Positions 9,050 to 18,528 of a stretch of 52,149 bases of DNA are shown one piece after another. Below the pieces are notes generated by a model. It saw only the letters and a list, made by a program, of their open reading frames with translations. It was not told the DNA's origin and did no database searches. Positions within the stretch are counted from its first letter, which is position 1. Every line of letters begins with the position of its first letter. The DNA is taken from the IMG/VR virus record IMGVR_UViG_3300013101_000013, positions 1 to 52,149 of that record; one strand, written 5' to 3'. Source of the stretch: a virus (lineage: Duplodnaviria; Caudoviricetes). The position numbers were made by a program, and so were the translations under genes.

Positions 9050-10686
9050 CCATCCGGCGTCGGAAGCTTATCAGGCAACCGATCACCGAGCGTGTCCAAA
9101 GAGGGAGCTACCCGAACGTTTCCTACGGGCTTCCGAATCGGACCACGATAGCGACGGTATCGGAGGATATCCGGACGCTGGGCGAGGATCGTAGCAAGGA
9201 TCTTGGCAGCAGATCGGACATCCACCGAAGTGAACATGGTCTGCTGAACACCGGAGTAGACCGAAGACCCCGCTGCGATCACCGCGGTCAGGAACTGGAT
9301 GTGCTCGATGTCGATACTGAGACTGGAGTCACCACCGATATCGGCACTGAGGTACCGGATGAGCTGACTCTGGATATCTAGAGAAGCACCAGAACCGATG
9401 TCCGCGTAGATGAACGACCCCGCCGACATGACGACATCGAGGTTAGAAGTACTGCTGATGTCTCCTTGGATAAGGTGGACCTGCTGAACAAGAGTGTCCA
9501 GATCACCCTGAGACCCAACGTCCACTCCAACAGACTGAATCAGATGAATCAGACTCGAGACAGAGGTATCTGCTCCTACATCCGAGAGGATGTACTGAGC
9601 CAAGTAGACATTCGAACTGAGAGCTGCACCGGATCCAATATCCGCAGCCATGAAGGTACCAGCTGTGAACTCCGAACTGATCCCAGCCTGAGACTTGATC
9701 TGAGAGGCTACCTCGTGGATCAGGAAGACTTTAGGACCTACAGACGTCCCAGCAGATACATCCACGCTGATGGACTGTGAGACGGTCACAGAGGAGCTGA
9801 GAGAGGCTGTAGAGCCTACGTCCGCTTCGATGCTGATCTGACCAGCCAGGTGAGCATCAGCGTCAACCTGGCCAGAGACAGAGACGTCGGCCGAGACCAT
9901 GACGCCCTGGACGATGTCCATATCAGCTGTGGTCGTGGATCCGACATCAGCTAAGACAAGCTGACCCACATAGATGGCGGAGCTAACTGCAGACCCGGCT
10001 CCTACATTAGCTGAGATGAAGATCCCGGCTTGGACATCGGTAACGATGCTCGTCTCGGAAGAGATGTCCGAAGAGACAAGGTGGGTCTGAGCAACCGCAA
10101 GATTAAGGGAGGCTTCACCTCCAATATCCACCAGGACCTGATGGCCCTGGTAAATGGAGGGAGAGACACCAGCCGCAGCTCCAATCTCAGATTGGACCGT
10201 CTGGGCCTGAAGAACACCGGAAGAGATCCCAGCGCCAGCTCCTACATCAACCGAGATGAAGACACCACTCTGGGCATCAGCGTCGATCGAAGAGACAACA
10301 GAGACATCAGCGAAGAAGGTCTGGGTCTGGGCAACAGCAGAGCTGATTTCGGACCGAGACCCAACATCCGCCGTGATCAGGACATCTGTGGTTACGTCAG
10401 CCGAGAGAGTCGCATCGGCCCCGACATCTGAGGAGACCAGGTGGGTCTGATGGATGTCGAGGTTTAGATAAGAGGCAGCACCGACATCAGCAGATATGGA
10501 GAGAGCCAGATAGATATCAGAGCTGGTACCAGCCTCGGCAACAACATCGGCCGAGACATTTTGGACCAGTACTACATTCGAACTGAGAGCGGAAGCGGCA
10601 CCAACGTCGGCTTCGATCGATACGACGACAGCAGCATCATCATCTACCTTGGCACCAACGCCCCACTCACGACGAAAAATCTTCAC
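9043..10686 (-). CDS. Virion fibre/decoration protein with ~20-aa tandem repeats
   Basis: About 25 units of (A/S)D(V/I)G...S.(L/I/V)...Q at 20-aa spacing, e.g. ADVGAASYLNLDIHQTHLVS/SDVGADATLSADVTTDVLIT. Arg-rich C-terminus. Confidence 0.7.
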   Translation of the reverse strand: MKIFRREWGVGAKVDDDAAVVVSIEADVGAASALSSNVVLVQNVSADVVAEAGTSSDIYLALSISADVGAASYLNLDIHQTHLVSSDVGADATLSADVTTDVLITADVGSRSEISSAVAQTQTFFADVSVVSSIDADAQSGVFISVDVGAGAGISSGVLQAQTVQSEIGAAAGVSPSIYQGHQVLVDIGGEASLNLAVAQTHLVSSDISSETSIVTDVQAGIFISANVGAGSAVSSAIYVGQLVLADVGSTTTADMDIVQGVMVSADVSVSGQVDADAHLAGQISIEADVGSTASLSSSVTVSQSISVDVSAGTSVGPKVFLIHEVASQIKSQAGISSEFTAGTFMAADIGSGAALSSNVYLAQYILSDVGADTSVSSLIHLIQSVGVDVGSQGDLDTLVQQVHLIQGDISSTSNLDVVMSAGSFIYADIGSGASLDIQSQLIRYLSADIGGDSSLSIDIEHIQFLTAVIAAGSSVYSGVQQTMFTSVDVRSAAKILATILAQRPDILRYRRYRGPIRKPVGNVRVAPSLDTLGDRLPDKLPTPDGC

Positions 10687-11711
10687 GTGATCATCGTCCT
10701 TTTACGTGTGCGGATTGTATAGGTGTTCCCTGTGTCGACAGCCGGAATCGCGAACGGCCCAATATCCTGCGGGCTATTGTGCGCGTTACCCGCCACGTCG
10801 GGATCAATCGCGGCTATCGTCGCACCGCCACCGTCGGCGTTCGTGCTGGCAACGAGCGTAAAGTCACCGGCCGCCGCGTCGGTCCATATCTTGCCCGCTC
10901 CGGTCGCCGCCTCGTTCGAGTGGTTACCGTTCGATGATCCCGCGCTCGTGTCCGACGACATCGAGTTATTGAAGGTGTCGTAGAGCGAAGCGTCTACAAA
11001 GTCCTCGCGCCCGTTGCCAAGGGCGAGGCAGTTGCTCACCGTGGCGGTCAGCGTCCCGGCGGTGTGAGCGTAGAAGTCCAGCCCACCCGAATCTCCGTCG
11101 CCCCTCTTGTTGCAGTTATAGAACGCGCAACCCTCAACGTGAATCGTCAGTCCGGTCGAGTTGCTGCTTCCGAATCCGGAACCGCCGAGGTTCTCGAAAA
11201 TGCAGTTCCTCACCACCCATGTCACGCTGTCTTCTTGGTGCGTGATCCCGTTGTCGTCGAAGCGAGCGTTAGACGTGTTGTGGAAGTAGCAGCGTTCCGC
11301 GATGAACGACCCGCCCCCCGCTGCCACAGAATTATCGCGGAGCGGTCCCCCGGTGGCACTGAATCCGCCGCCGTCGATCTCGATGTCCTGAATCGTCATC
11401 TCGCAGACGTTTGAGAACCACAGATAACCTGCGGCATTGGTCGTCTCGATCACAGCGTTGACCGACGAGCCTCCTGCCTCACCGAGGCACTCTTCGCCCG
11501 TCTTCGCCTTGATCGTCAGAGAGTCGATATTCGTGGCGGCATACAGATCGGCAACGGCTGCGTGATCTGCGAGTCCGCTCACGATTACTTCGACATCGCG
11601 TCCCGAACTATCGAAGTCCGCTCCCTGAAACCCGTTCAGCGCGAAGTCGCGCATGTCCGTATAGTCGGGACTTGTGTGTCCGTCTCCGACCGTGATCGTC
11701 GTGACGGCCAT
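10683..11711 (-). CDS. Right-handed beta-helix (pectate-lyase-like) virion protein
   Basis: Repeating IAERCYFHN/VRNCIFEN/VEGCAFYN/VSNCLALGN turns and a C-terminal GDFTL...DIGPF motif. Confidence 0.7.
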   Translation of the reverse strand: MAVTTITVGDGHTSPDYTDMRDFALNGFQGADFDSSGRDVEVIVSGLADHAAVADLYAATNIDSLTIKAKTGEECLGEAGGSSVNAVIETTNAAGYLWFSNVCEMTIQDIEIDGGGFSATGGPLRDNSVAAGGGSFIAERCYFHNTSNARFDDNGITHQEDSVTWVVRNCIFENLGGSGFGSSNSTGLTIHVEGCAFYNCNKRGDGDSGGLDFYAHTAGTLTATVSNCLALGNGREDFVDASLYDTFNNSMSSDTSAGSSNGNHSNEAATGAGKIWTDAAAGDFTLVASTNADGGGATIAAIDPDVAGNAHNSPQDIGPFAIPAVDTGNTYTIRTRKRTMIT

Positions 11712-12190
11712 CAGTCGGGGTCCTTGATCGCGTTTCCGTCACGGCGGTCGCGGAAGAGCGAGAAGAATGCAATACGCGTCTTGATCGCCTTGTCCGGTCC
11801 GACTTGGATCACGGTGCGACCTGACGCGCGTAGTTGGTTCCGCTTCCGCGTGGGAAGGTCTGCGAACGCGAGCCGCATCCGAAGCCCCCCCGCCTTTACG
11901 GAATCATCGGCGTACTTCCCGCCTGCCCCCTTCTCGATCCCCGACCGAACCTTGCGCGGCGTCCGGTACGTCCCAAGCATCTGCGTGAGGCGCAGATACA
12001 GACGGTCTTCCAGAGCAGGGTCGTCACAGAGGAAGTCGATCACCATCGTCCCGGCCGCGAGTGAGTGTGATCGAGTACCCCACTTGGCGAACGCGACCGG
12101 CAGCCCGTCCTCGCGGTAGGTGTTCGGCTTGACGACAGTGAGATGAAACCCTCGCGCATCTCCCTCGGCTCGAAACTGCACTGACGGCAT
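11711..12190 (-). CDS. Hypothetical basic protein in the fibre block
   Basis: ORF 11711..12235. Start reassigned to ATG 12190 (MPSVQF), just after the upstream stop and a GAGGAG RBS. Confidence 0.6.
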   Translation of the reverse strand: MPSVQFRAEGDARGFHLTVVKPNTYREDGLPVAFAKWGTRSHSLAAGTMVIDFLCDDPALEDRLYLRLTQMLGTYRTPRKVRSGIEKGAGGKYADDSVKAGGLRMRLAFADLPTRKRNQLRASGRTVIQVGPDKAIKTRIAFFSLFRDRRDGNAIKDPD

Positions 12191-12194
12191 ACGA

Positions 12195-12650
12195 CTACTC
12201 CTCGATACCACCATTGAGGTGCATGTTGAGAACACCAGTAGCAGCGCTCTTGCGCGTCACGTAGATGTCCATGATCTCAGCAGGCTTGATCGACTGTACG
12301 TCTGCAGGAAGCGGAATGGTTCCACCACCAGGACCGATGTAGAACTTCTTGGTTCTGTCGTGCCCGCTTTCACCGGAAGTTCCCGTGAACACATCGACCA
12401 GGAACGTCGCGGAATAATTCCCATCACGGTTGTCCAGGTTGCTACCCGAACCATCCGTTCCGGCTGTGGAAGGTTCGCTGGCGATCTCGACTTCAATGGG
12501 AGCTTCATCTCCCAACGCGTCGAAACTTACATCCAGATACTCAATGAGTACCCCGACGCTGGTACCGGCTTTGATCCGCGCAATGTGCGTGCGTGTTCCC
12601 GCGACCAGTGTCGTTTCCGCGATAGAGAAATCACCGAAATGTTGTGCCAT
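12195..12650 (-). CDS. Hypothetical virion protein (small beta-sandwich)
   Basis: 151 aa, beta-strand-like pattern, adjacent to neighbouring genes in the operon. Confidence 0.6.
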   Translation of the reverse strand: MAQHFGDFSIAETTLVAGTRTHIARIKAGTSVGVLIEYLDVSFDALGDEAPIEVEIASEPSTAGTDGSGSNLDNRDGNYSATFLVDVFTGTSGESGHDRTKKFYIGPGGGTIPLPADVQSIKPAEIMDIYVTRKSAATGVLNMHLNGGIEE

Positions 12651-13445
12651 CTATTTAACTCCGACTGAGGACCTGACAGGCCATCTGTACTTAGGTCGTG
12701 TACTTGATCGTCTTGCTGCAACTTCCCGTTTCGAATGTCGATGGGTACTTTCTTCTTCAGCGACCGGCTCAAGCGTGCGAATCCAGCGGCGTCGCGTGGG
12801 AGGCAGGGTCGCGTGGGAACGCGCAACGAACGAGCCCCCGTCGCGCGCGCCAGCCAGCCCCGTAGCCGGGTCGCGCGTGTCCCCGTTTAGCGGCGGTGCC
12901 CACTTGAGTCCGCGCGGGAACCAGAGCGGCGACATCGTCGCGAGCGACCGGGCCATTCTGTTCGGAATCAGATAATCCCAAAACCCCACGTCGCGCATCT
13001 CGCCTTCAAAGTTTTGCGTGTCGGCGAACGTGAACCCACCCAGCGACATGCTGCCGTCGTTGGGTTCGTAGGTTGTTCCGCTGCCGCCGACCGACGAGTA
13101 CTCGACACCATCGACGTAGAGCTTCAAACCAGCAGGCGTGCCGTCGTGTGTGAACACGACGTGATACTCGGTTCCGATTGACAGGTTCGGCCCTGCCACC
13201 TCTCGATAACTTGTCGTGGTGCCAGTCCAGCAGAGTAGTTGTCCTGTGGTCGCTTTGATGTAGAGGTCGAACCGATCGACCGTGTCCGCTGCATTGTTCC
13301 GAGTCACGAGCGCTTGGTTGTTCGCCGGAAACGATCCGAGCGGCTTTACGAATAGCGAAATCGACTTGGGTACGCCTGCGGAATCCCACCCATGCGGATT
13401 CCCGTATCCGATGTGATCGGTGACGCCGTCGAGCAGTAGGCTCAT
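12651..13445 (-). CDS. LamG/concanavalin-A-like domain protein
   Basis: LLLDGVTDHI...SISLFVK...YHVVFTHDG..LKLYVDG...FEGEMRDVGFW pattern. Confidence 0.8.
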   Translation of the reverse strand: MSLLLDGVTDHIGYGNPHGWDSAGVPKSISLFVKPLGSFPANNQALVTRNNAADTVDRFDLYIKATTGQLLCWTGTTTSYREVAGPNLSIGTEYHVVFTHDGTPAGLKLYVDGVEYSSVGGSGTTYEPNDGSMSLGGFTFADTQNFEGEMRDVGFWDYLIPNRMARSLATMSPLWFPRGLKWAPPLNGDTRDPATGLAGARDGGSFVARSHATLPPTRRRWIRTLEPVAEEESTHRHSKREVAARRSSTRPKYRWPVRSSVGVK

Positions 13446-14986
13446 CGTCGCGGCACCCGTTTCGTGTAGCGGCGGTCACGCTTGAGGCGGCGACGACTCG
13501 GTGCGTAGATGTTCCACGGGTCGGCGGATAGTTCACCCGCCATCGCGTCCGTCATCATGCCGTTACCCGCGACGAGCAGCTCCATCGAGCCATCGTAGAA
13601 CTCGCTGACTCCGGTCCACGTTCCGATGCGGAGTGTGTACCCGGTTTGGAACGTGCCTGTCACCGCTTGGTCGTCGAACTTCTTGCCATCGATAAAAACG
13701 ACCATGCGAGCACCGTCGTAGAAGCACGCCATCCCGAACGGCTTATTGATCGTCCACGCGCCTGTACCGCCCGCGCTTGACGAGAGGTTGTACGCTTTCC
13801 AGATCATATGCTGCGTGTTCAGGTCGCGGCACGCGAGATACCATTGCCCGGTCAAGTCGGAGATGATGTCGGCCCACTGACCGCTACTTGAATCGTCGGT
13901 ATACATCCCCTTGAACACGACCCAGAACGGCTCGTCGTCGACGGAGTCGATACCGGGGCTGCCGCTCAGGTAGTTCCCGTCGTCGTGCGTCCCGAAGTCG
14001 AGTCCGCGCGCACGGTCCCACGCGAATCCCGGCGTGTCGTTGTTGAACGTCCAGACGCGGCGCGTGTCGCCGAGGTCGCGCACGGTGCCGCCGAGAGCGA
14101 GCGGGCCCATCTCCTTGAACGGCAGATTCACGTGCGGTCGAATGCGCCCGTGCAGCTCTTGGTACCTCGGGTTCAGCGTGAAGTCGCCCGGCGAACGCGA
14201 GCGCGTAATGATCTCCGCGCGTCGAACCGGCAGCACCATGCCCGGCTTGTTCTGGGTCCAGTAGCGTCGGCGGCGATCGAGAGCGTACAGCTCGTCGCCG
14301 TCCATCGAGAGTTGCTGCGCAAGTTCGCGCGTCAGGTGCGTATTGAACACCGCCGCGAGCGACATCGGCCCGGACCATTCTTCCGGCTCGGGCGGTTCGT
14401 AGTTTCCGATCCACAGGTTCTTGCCGGTCGGCGTGTCGGAACCGCTCGCGTCGATCACGCTCTTGCCGTTGATGTAGGCGTACATATCCACGCCGTCGTA
14501 GCAGGCCACAACGGTGTAAGGAACGCCCTTCGGAATCTTGGCGCTGTTGGTTCGGTAGACGCCTCCGCACTCGTACACGAACCGATTCGTCGAGTCGCGC
14601 GCTATGAATAATCGGTCGCCGGTCGACGTCATGCAGATCATTTCACGCCAACCGCTGGAGTCTTGATTGTCGACGCCCTTCCATACCATCGTGACTCGGT
14701 CGGTCGGGTTCGCCCACCCGGGAGTTCCCGCGAGGCATTCGAGCCAATTCTCGTCGGCGTGCCCTCCGAACTCCAGCCCGCGCGCCGACCATGCGAGCGG
14801 GTTCGTGGCGTCGGACGTAACGTCGAACGGCACGCGCGTCGGCCCGTGGCTCACGAACGTCGCGCCGTCGTCGATAGGCTCGGCGATTCCGCGTACGCCG
14901 TGAACGCGAAACGGCAGCGCGAAGTTGAGCGCAGCCCAGAGCGCGGCGTACTTCGGGTTCGGTCGAAGAATGCCCGCGCTGGACAT
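13442..14986 (-). CDS. Tandem LamG-like domain protein (two modules)
   Basis: Two internal modules: RGLEFG..ACYDG.DMYAYING..LWIG..WSGPM and RGLDFG..CFYDGARMVVFIDG..LRIG..YDGSM. Confidence 0.75.
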   Translation of the reverse strand: MSSAGILRPNPKYAALWAALNFALPFRVHGVRGIAEPIDDGATFVSHGPTRVPFDVTSDATNPLAWSARGLEFGGHADENWLECLAGTPGWANPTDRVTMVWKGVDNQDSSGWREMICMTSTGDRLFIARDSTNRFVYECGGVYRTNSAKIPKGVPYTVVACYDGVDMYAYINGKSVIDASGSDTPTGKNLWIGNYEPPEPEEWSGPMSLAAVFNTHLTRELAQQLSMDGDELYALDRRRRYWTQNKPGMVLPVRRAEIITRSRSPGDFTLNPRYQELHGRIRPHVNLPFKEMGPLALGGTVRDLGDTRRVWTFNNDTPGFAWDRARGLDFGTHDDGNYLSGSPGIDSVDDEPFWVVFKGMYTDDSSSGQWADIISDLTGQWYLACRDLNTQHMIWKAYNLSSSAGGTGAWTINKPFGMACFYDGARMVVFIDGKKFDDQAVTGTFQTGYTLRIGTWTGVSEFYDGSMELLVAGNGMMTDAMAGELSADPWNIYAPSRRRLKRDRRYTKRVPRR

Positions 14987-14989
14987 CGC

Positions 14990-15367
14990 TTATGCGTCTA
15001 CGCCGTCGAGCGAATAGGTCGGCGTGGCGTCGCCTGCGGTATCCGTCGAACCGCTCATCGTCAGACCGAGCTTGAACGAGCGCACGTCCTTGACGACGAT
15101 CGGCGCGCGTTGAATGTCTCCGTCCGCGACCGCGATCACGCCCGACATCATCGCGATTCCGTCATCAGCTGCGCCGTCGATCGTCCCGCTCTCGGCGGCG
15201 TAGATGCGCCATCCGAGATCGTCGGTCGTACCGCTGAAGTCAATCGGCAACGTGATGTTCGCGATCTCTCCCGGCTTGAGGTTGATCGCGTTCGACAGTC
15301 GCTCGGTGTCGGTCAGGTTGTCCCAGTTGGTCGCAACCGGAACCGCTGCTGAATCATTCCAAGACAT
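14990..15367 (-). CDS. Hypothetical virion protein, paralog of 15504..15872
   Basis: MSW...LKPGEIA...TDDL...DG...KLGL..SGSTD...DGVDA. Confidence 0.65.
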   Translation of the reverse strand: MSWNDSAAVPVATNWDNLTDTERLSNAINLKPGEIANITLPIDFSGTTDDLGWRIYAAESGTIDGAADDGIAMMSGVIAVADGDIQRAPIVVKDVRSFKLGLTMSGSTDTAGDATPTYSLDGVDA

Positions 15368-15369
15368 AG

Positions 15370-15495
15370 CTAGACTCCCACGCTTATCAGTTTGCCGACC
15401 ACGTTGAGCGGGTCGTCGAACGTCTCGTACTTGTCCTTGTAGCTCGCGACGTACTTCGGGTTCGGGATCAGTAGAGGAACCCCAGCAGAAAGCAT
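15370..15495 (-). CDS. 41-aa chimeric mini-ORF (probable recombination remnant)
   Basis: Below the ORF-track cutoff. Translates to MLSAGVPLLIPNPKYVASYKDKYETFDDPLNVVGKLISVGV, with AGGT upstream. Confidence 0.55.
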   Translation of the reverse strand: MLSAGVPLLIPNPKYVASYKDKYETFDDPLNVVGKLISVGV

Positions 15496-15503
15496 GATTA
15501 CAC

Positions 15504-15872
15504 CTACGCGCTCACGCCATCGGTAACGACTCGAACATCGACAGCAGTATGTCGATCGGTTGCTCCGGAAGAAAGGAAGCCGAGCCGAACGTACTTCGGA
15601 CCTGAGACTTCGAATGTCATCGTGTGCGGATCGAAATCCGTACTGAGGACGAAGCTCTGATTGGGGGTATCCGGCCAGACAGTTCCGTCGACGCTGTGGT
15701 AAACGTAGACCACCATGTCGTCCGTAGCAGCCGGGAAGAGGTTTGCGACCACTTCGAAAGATGCGAGCTCACCAGGGTTCAGAGCCCGCGCGCTGCTGTA
15801 CTGCTCGGTGCCGGCAGCTACATCAATTCCCGTGAGCTGTCCACCAAGGGTGTCTTCTACTTGCCAGGACAT
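15504..15872 (-). CDS. Hypothetical virion protein, paralog of 14990..15367
   Basis: MSW...LNPGELA...TDDM...DG...RLGFLSSGATD...DGVSA. AGGAG RBS. Confidence 0.65.
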   Translation of the reverse strand: MSWQVEDTLGGQLTGIDVAAGTEQYSSARALNPGELASFEVVANLFPAATDDMVVYVYHSVDGTVWPDTPNQSFVLSTDFDPHTMTFEVSGPKYVRLGFLSSGATDRHTAVDVRVVTDGVSA

Positions 15873-15881
15873 ATCTACTCC

Positions 15882-16262
15882 TTAGAGATCGATGAAAATA
15901 CCGACCAGACTATCGGGGTCAGTACTGCCGTACCGCTTCTCGTACTTGACCTGGTAGTCGACTTCGTTGTTCGGATGGACGATCGTCTTCACGTGAGCCG
16001 AGAGTTCAGCCTTCGACATGCTGTTCGGCCAGTTGACTACACGCTGGACATAGGCCGCGCTTCCGTCGTTGAGAGCATCGGCCAGAACCGTGACCGCTTC
16101 CACGATAGACCTGACGTGAAGCGGCAAGGCTGTCGTGGGAGTTGGGATCTGTCCAGCGGCCTTGTAGGCCGTGATATCGAAAAAGAGGAAGACCTCAACT
16201 TTGGCCTTGTACAGGGAATGGGTGTTCGGCATCCGCCGTCCGACCAGAATTTCTTTAGCCAT
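15882..16262 (-). CDS. Hypothetical protein
   Basis: 126 aa, GAAGGA RBS. Confidence 0.65.
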   Translation of the reverse strand: MAKEILVGRRMPNTHSLYKAKVEVFLFFDITAYKAAGQIPTPTTALPLHVRSIVEAVTVLADALNDGSAAYVQRVVNWPNSMSKAELSAHVKTIVHPNNEVDYQVKYEKRYGSTDPDSLVGIFIDL

Positions 16263-16289
16263 TGGGTTTCCTTCTTACGAACCAATTCC

Positions 16290-16313
16290 GAATTCACCCT
16301 TGGTGAATTCACC
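16290..16313. repeat. Intergenic inverted repeat/palindrome
   Basis: GAATTCACC-CTT-GGTGAATTC, overlapping the perfect palindrome GGTGAATTCACC. Confidence 0.6.
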
Positions 16314-16375
16314 GGTGTCTCTGCTAAGAATAGCCTCCTGATCGACGCCTGTCCCGGCATCGTCATAAGAAGCCT

Positions 16376-17038
16376 TTAGTTCAGCTGAATGTTCAGGGCA
16401 CCCGCTGCGATCTTAAGCTGGTTGCCATCCGAAATGAGCTGGGCGTTGCTGGCACCAATCTGGCCGCCGGCGTCGCTGCTGATCGTAACGGCACCACCAC
16501 CCTCGGTCAGCGAGAGCTGGACTGTGTCCGTCGTCGACGAGACAACATAGTATTCCACGCTCTCGAGATAGCCGGTGGGCAGCGCCAGGCCACGGACGAA
16601 GACACGATCGTTGTCCGAGTAGCCGTGGCTGGTACAGGTGATCGCTTCGGTGTCTCCATCAGCCGTGAAGTCCTGCCAGCCGGTGGCCAGAGCACTCCAG
16701 AACAGATAGTCGGCCGCCGTGGTACCCGAGATGGATGCCATGATGGCGATGCCAATGACCCGCTCTGCAGAACCTGTCAGGTTCCCGAAGTCGATCTCGG
16801 AGTTGTTGTCGGTTTCGCCTTGGGTACCAGCCGAGGGGTCCGTCCAGTCCGTGCCATCCTGGGCAAGGAGCTGACGAGCATAGACGCCCATCCCTAGCTC
16901 AGCAACACCAGTCATGGCGTCATCTGTGGGGAGAGTAAGAAGCGCAGCCACATAGGTAGCCGCGGGTCGAATCGAGACAGTGGTACGGAAGATCTCGTTG
17001 ATGATCTTCTCTTCTCTGTCATTCGTCAGTCCGCTCAT
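16376..17038 (-). CDS. Phage fibre-associated structural protein
   Basis: TYVAALLT.P.D...EL....YARQ...TDNNSEIDFG...GNQLKIAAGALNI pattern, with an inserted small beta domain (HGYSDNDRV...YYVV...TVQLS). Confidence 0.55.
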   Translation of the reverse strand: MSGLTNDREEKIINEIFRTTVSIRPAATYVAALLTLPTDDAMTGVAELGMGVYARQLLAQDGTDWTDPSAGTQGETDNNSEIDFGNLTGSAERVIGIAIMASISGTTAADYLFWSALATGWQDFTADGDTEAITCTSHGYSDNDRVFVRGLALPTGYLESVEYYVVSSTTDTVQLSLTEGGGAVTISSDAGGQIGASNAQLISDGNQLKIAAGALNIQLN

Positions 17039-17067
17039 GGTCGAGATCCTTTCTTGAATCTATCTCA

Positions 17068-18525
17068 TCAGCTCCACTGATCATTTTGACCAGGGGAACT
17101 GGGCCACCTTTCCGCAGCCGTGTTTCCAGCAGGCAAATTCTCGACCACGGGTCGAGTGTCATAACTCAAGGTCTTTCCGACCTGTCGCCAGAGTCGGGTC
17201 CTGTAGTTAGGTCGTTCATGCGCACCCAATAGGCCTTTAACGAAGGTCCTGGGAGTACCAATCCAGTAGTTCCTTACCCGAGCCTCGAGCTTAGCGATCT
17301 CCTCGTCAGCAGCCCTTAGCTTCTCGGGCTTAGCATCCGCTGCTCGAGAGGTCGGGAACCTAATCTCATGCTCCATGTCGCCTAGACGCTTATACTCGCC
17401 CGCAGCGAGCTGCTTCTCAGCCATGAGCATGCGGAAGATGTCCGCGATCGTCTTTGCTTCTACCAGGTCCCTGACGAGACGAGGGGGAAGAATAAGATCA
17501 TCGAGAGCCCATTGGACCAGATCACCTACCTGAATCGACGCGTTCCAGGCAGCAAGGCCCAGGACATCATCAGGATATTCAGCGAGGTTGATGGGGTGTA
17601 GAGCTCTCCGGATTCGGCGAGGGCTCACCCACTCCGGCCAGGGGTCGGTGTAGAAGGTGAACTGTTGATCGACGCCGAGGGTATTAGCGCCTGTATCTCC
17701 AAGAGTACGATCGAGCGTCACCTCGATACACGAGTTGTATGGGAAGTCGACACCGGTCTCCTTCGACCAGATCACCTCGGTACTGGAGACCGAAAGAGTA
17801 CCGGTGGGAGGGATCCAGTTCAGCTCAGTCCCATTAGCATCTGTCTGAGGAGCCTGCCACTCGAACTGAGGGAGGTAGTCAGGGTCTTCACTGGCACCCT
17901 GATAAGAAGGAACAGCGAAGTGCTTTGGGTCTTCCAGAAAAGGAAAGACCTCGACCGTCACTGTGTTCTCGTTTACTAGATCATCATCGATGAGACTCGA
18001 GAACGCGATTCGGATCTCGTCGAGAGACCGGGGCACATCCCAAGCCTTGTTTTCGGGGTTAGTACTACACACGTAGAACGTGTTGGTCGGGCTCACCGTG
18101 ACCTGGTCGGGAAGCTCGAGGTCGCCTTCAGCGGTCTCTTCCTCGAACGTCTTCTCTAGCCCTGAAGTTGAAATCTCCGTTCCAGTCTGGAACGGGATGG
18201 AAATGGTTGAGGAGAGCTCTGTGGTGTCAACAGCCTCAAGAGCACCGAGACTGGTACTGGTATCAGTCCCGGTGATCCGAAGGATATAAGCCGTGTTCGG
18301 CTGGAGCTGACGGTCGGGGACAACAGTGACAGCCAAACCCCCGGCTGTGTACTGGACGTCACTGTCCACGACCTCGTCCGTCTCCGAATTCTCCAAGTAG
18401 ATGATCGCTGGAGAAGCAGTGACGGCGCTAAGAGCGACGTCCCACGTCAGGATCATCTGCACGTTGAGGTTTACATTTACCTCATTCGTGGTCGGGGAGG
18501 AGGATTGGAGAACGGGTTCCGGCAT
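17068..18525 (-). CDS. Ig-like (Big_5-type) domain protein, putative head-tail adaptor
   Basis: Two Ig-like repeats (SSPTTNEVNV...LQPNTAYILRI...FQTG and STNPENKAWDV...IRIAFS). Helical C-terminal part with YKRLGDM. Lies downstream of the capsid gene. Confidence 0.6.
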   Translation of the reverse strand: MPEPVLQSSSPTTNEVNVNLNVQMILTWDVALSAVTASPAIIYLENSETDEVVDSDVQYTAGGLAVTVVPDRQLQPNTAYILRITGTDTSTSLGALEAVDTTELSSTISIPFQTGTEISTSGLEKTFEEETAEGDLELPDQVTVSPTNTFYVCSTNPENKAWDVPRSLDEIRIAFSSLIDDDLVNENTVTVEVFPFLEDPKHFAVPSYQGASEDPDYLPQFEWQAPQTDANGTELNWIPPTGTLSVSSTEVIWSKETGVDFPYNSCIEVTLDRTLGDTGANTLGVDQQFTFYTDPWPEWVSPRRIRRALHPINLAEYPDDVLGLAAWNASIQVGDLVQWALDDLILPPRLVRDLVEAKTIADIFRMLMAEKQLAAGEYKRLGDMEHEIRFPTSRAADAKPEKLRAADEEIAKLEARVRNYWIGTPRTFVKGLLGAHERPNYRTRLWRQVGKTLSYDTRPVVENLPAGNTAAERWPSSPGQNDQWS

Positions 18526-18528
18526 GAG

